The position numbers were made by a program, and so were the translations under genes. DNA of 61,475 nucleotides, the filler included. It is 6 parts of 6 records of this genome, joined end to end, with 100 filler letters (N's around TTAATTAATTAA, not from the genome) between each part and the next. Parts side by side here need not be neighbours in the genome. Positions count along the whole stretch, not along the records: positions 55,879 to 61,475 come from SRR31147125_2883; 5 more parts are not named here. One strand, written 5' to 3'. Under the pieces are notes generated by a model, which worked only from the letters and a program-made list of their open reading frames with translations, had not been told where the DNA came from and did no database searches. Of this stretch, positions 58,594-61,475 are shown one piece after another. The stretch's first letter is position 1. Every line of letters begins with the position of its first letter.

Positions 58594-61230
58594 ATGAATA
58601 TACTAACAAATCTTTTTACAAACGTTTTGTTAAGTTCCGCTTTGGGTTCTTTACTAATCGGTTTAGTTCTTATTACTAAAAAGTTGTTTAAGAGCAAGTT
58701 AAAGCAAGAACTTATTTCATTGTTATGGACATTAGTTATTTTAAGGCTTTTGCTTCCAGTAATGATTGAAAGTCCAGTTCACATAGGAGACTTGTTTAAA
58801 TCATCTGAAACACTAGCAGAAGAAACACCATCAGAAGTTATTACAACAGAAGTTTTAAGCCAGCCATCAGTAAATTCAGACTATTATGGAAATGATGACT
58901 TAACTAATAATGAGACTTTTGAAGAAGCTTATTACCCTGTTGAGGAGAATATCTCTACAATAGTAACTGCATCCACCCAAACTCCCAGTTTATTCGAGAA
59001 TATAATAGAGTTAATAAAATCAATAAACCTTGTTACAGCAGGGCTTTTAATATGGCTTGCTGGTATGGTGTTTGTGTTAATTCATTCTTCTACACATAAC
59101 TTGGTTTTTAAATCATATATCGCACATAATTCCAAAAATGTAGACGATGAAACCATAATAGATATTTTGAAAAAGCAAAAATCACATCTATCTATAAAAA
59201 GAAATGTAAAGATATTAACCTGTAATGGAATTTCAATGCCATTAACATACTCTTTACTTAGCCCTAAAATTTTATTACCTAAAAAAGTAATTGAATCTTT
59301 TGAAACAGAGCAAATACAATCGATAATTGCTCATGAATTATGCCATATAAAAAGAATGGATATTATCAAAGGACATATTCTGATTTTTGCAAAAGCTATC
59401 CATTGGTTTAATCCACTTGTTCATATAAGCATAAAACATATAAAAAGCGATATTGAATTTGCTTGTGATGAAATGGTAGTTAAAAATCGCATAGAGAAAA
59501 TGGAGTATTCTACAGCACTCTTGGAAGTGGCAAAAATGATGGATAATTTAAAAGTACCACATATTACCACAACACTAATGGAAAACAAATCTCACCTTAA
59601 AGAAAGGATTACTAGAATAATGAAACCAATAAAAAAATCGGTTAAATTGAATATATCAATATTAATTATAGCATTAATTGTTATGCTAGGTTGTTTCACA
59701 ACAGCATGCCAGTCACAAGATAATACGGAAAATGATCCATATACATCAAAAACGCAAATTAACAAAATAACAACATCGCAAGATGACGTTAATGACCAAA
59801 CATCTTATCAAGAAAATACCTATGAAGCCCCTAAAAGCTTGAGTTACGAGCTGACAACAGATGGAGGAGACAACGGTGCACCTATGGACATTATTGTAGA
59901 TGCAGAAGTTATTATTCCTGAAAATGCACTACCTGTTGTTAAAGTACAACCTAAACAGATTACATATGAACAGCTTAAAACTGTTTTGGATTTATATGTA
60001 GGGGGCACTCATTTATATGATGAATCTTTCGCAGAACAGTACCGCCTAAAAAGCAATATTCAGCATCAAATTGATGTATATAATTGGGAAATCGAAATGG
60101 TTGAACAGGAACCTGACGGCGAGGAATATGTAACTTTATATTCAGGACTAATAGAAGAACTGGAAAAAGAATTAGAAACTGCACCAGAAACATATGCAGA
60201 GGCTATGGCACAAAAATCTTCCCCAGCATCTACTGAAACTGCATCTACAGGTACACTTGCACCTGGAACAACTCCTATGCCAATACCTGTCTTGCAGGCT
60301 TCAAGCTACGATGGAGCTATTGAAATAAGCAAAAATAATTTTGATAGTAGCAGATTTGATTTACAGATTGGAGAAGGATTTACAGCCGATACAATTAGCT
60401 TTGATGTTGGAACTAATGCTGAATTTAAACAAAACATCACATATGAACATACATTCTATGAAGGTGCAAGAAGCTTTAACATTAATAATAAATATGTTCC
60501 TAGCATAAACATTATGGATGGATTTTCACTAAGCAAAGATGATGCTATAGCTGTAGCGCAGCCAATAGCTAATTCCATTGATCCTACTCTGGAATTGACT
60601 GATGTTTTTGATGCAGTATATACTGACTTCTTAAAGGACAATAATCCATCTTATCCTTTTGGATATACCATGATTTATACAAGAAAATACAATGGTGTTA
60701 ACGCAGGATATACACAATTCTTTCCTCTTTACACTGTTTATTCTGAAAGCACATATGAAAGACCTTTGCAGCAAGAATATCTGTCAATTACTGTGGGAGT
60801 GGATGGTGTGCAAAAATTAGAGTATTATTCTCCTGTAGAGACAGTAGAAACACTTTCAGAAAATGTAGAATTACTACCTTTTGATCAAATAGAAGAAATA
60901 TTTAAAGAAAATATTGTAGTAGGAAGCGAACAAATCGGTGGAAAACTATATGTTAAAATTAAGCGTGTAGAATTGGGATTAATGAAAGTTTATTATCCTG
61001 ATGCAAACGAATATATTGTTACTCCAGTATGGAATTTCTATGGTAAAGCAGGTGGTGAGGAAGTCGATTGGTCACAACTAACTGAGTTATATAATAGAAG
61101 CTATTTAACCATAAATGCTATAGATGGCAGTATTATCAATCATATCGATAGATATAATGAAAATAATGTATCAAGCAATGAAGAAGCAACACCCACCCCT
61201 ATGATATCAACACCTACGGTAACTCCTTGA
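58594..61230 (+). CDS. BlaR1-like M56 metallopeptidase with large extracellular non-PBP domain
   Basis: LW.LV.LRLLLP, AHELCHIKRMD, IHWFNPLV, EFACDE, LKERI; C-terminal PVWNFYG..LTINAIDGSII (DUF6034-like). Confidence 0.9.
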   Translation: MNILTNLFTNVLLSSALGSLLIGLVLITKKLFKSKLKQELISLLWTLVILRLLLPVMIESPVHIGDLFKSSETLAEETPSEVITTEVLSQPSVNSDYYGNDDLTNNETFEEAYYPVEENISTIVTASTQTPSLFENIIELIKSINLVTAGLLIWLAGMVFVLIHSSTHNLVFKSYIAHNSKNVDDETIIDILKKQKSHLSIKRNVKILTCNGISMPLTYSLLSPKILLPKKVIESFETEQIQSIIAHELCHIKRMDIIKGHILIFAKAIHWFNPLVHISIKHIKSDIEFACDEMVVKNRIEKMEYSTALLEVAKMMDNLKVPHITTTLMENKSHLKERITRIMKPIKKSVKLNISILIIALIVMLGCFTTACQSQDNTENDPYTSKTQINKITTSQDDVNDQTSYQENTYEAPKSLSYELTTDGGDNGAPMDIIVDAEVIIPENALPVVKVQPKQITYEQLKTVLDLYVGGTHLYDESFAEQYRLKSNIQHQIDVYNWEIEMVEQEPDGEEYVTLYSGLIEELEKELETAPETYAEAMAQKSSPASTETASTGTLAPGTTPMPIPVLQASSYDGAIEISKNNFDSSRFDLQIGEGFTADTISFDVGTNAEFKQNITYEHTFYEGARSFNINNKYVPSINIMDGFSLSKDDAIAVAQPIANSIDPTLELTDVFDAVYTDFLKDNNPSYPFGYTMIYTRKYNGVNAGYTQFFPLYTVYSESTYERPLQQEYLSITVGVDGVQKLEYYSPVETVETLSENVELLPFDQIEEIFKENIVVGSEQIGGKLYVKIKRVELGLMKVYYPDANEYIVTPVWNFYGKAGGEEVDWSQLTELYNRSYLTINAIDGSIINHIDRYNENNVSSNEEATPTPMISTPTVTP

Positions 61231-61475
61231 GTAACACCTTAAATAATTATATTTTAAAATGTAACCTAGATTCTACATCAACGAATTGAAAAACACCTCT
61301 AAAGTCAATAAACAATAAACACACTCCTTCAAATGGCTGTTACGTGCTTCATATCAGTGATGGAAACTGGTATTCGGTGACTTGATTTGATGGAAGTTAT
61401 TAAATTGACTTTTTCAAAATAATGAATGTATCAGAGTGTTATTATGGGACTGTAGAAAAATAGAAATTTTTCAAC

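Overview
The window is not one genomic locus. It is six unrelated contigs (1-15810, 15911-22939, 23040-29570, 29671-37005, 37106-55778, 55879-61475) joined by five 100-nt N/TTAATTAATTAA linkers, most likely from a metagenome, so adjacency across a linker means nothing. Contig 1 carries carbohydrate and redox genes (Gfo/Idh/MocA, RbsD/FucU, Nramp-like transporter, ThuA-isochorismatase fusion, GH38, sulfatase), an ORF6N protein and a frameshifted Ada/Ogt. Contig 2 is the most interesting. After a flippase it has a convergent AbiEii/AbiEi type IV toxin-antitoxin pair (toxin disrupted) and a SatD (cyclase-like + HTH) / DUF3307 (membrane metallo-hydrolase-like) module. That module has four 20-bp palindromic operator-like boxes between its genes and a pair of REP-like repeats flanking it. 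A secreted S8 protease follows. Contig 3 has an FHA-like protein, an Ig/Fn3/beta-propeller lipoprotein, two tandem betaine-binding proteins and a GNAT. A promoter/leader motif resembling a BusR operator occurs three times there. Contig 4 has tkt, two GT4 genes, lon and engB. Contig 5 has lysS, yabO, ftsH, hpt, tilS, maf, a four-glycosidase plus GPH transporter operon, hslO and dusB. Contig 6 has a MacAB-like exporter and a BlaI/BlaR1-like pair. Several frameshifts fall in homopolymer runs and are probably sequencing errors. All family calls come from motif recognition by eye, not database searches.
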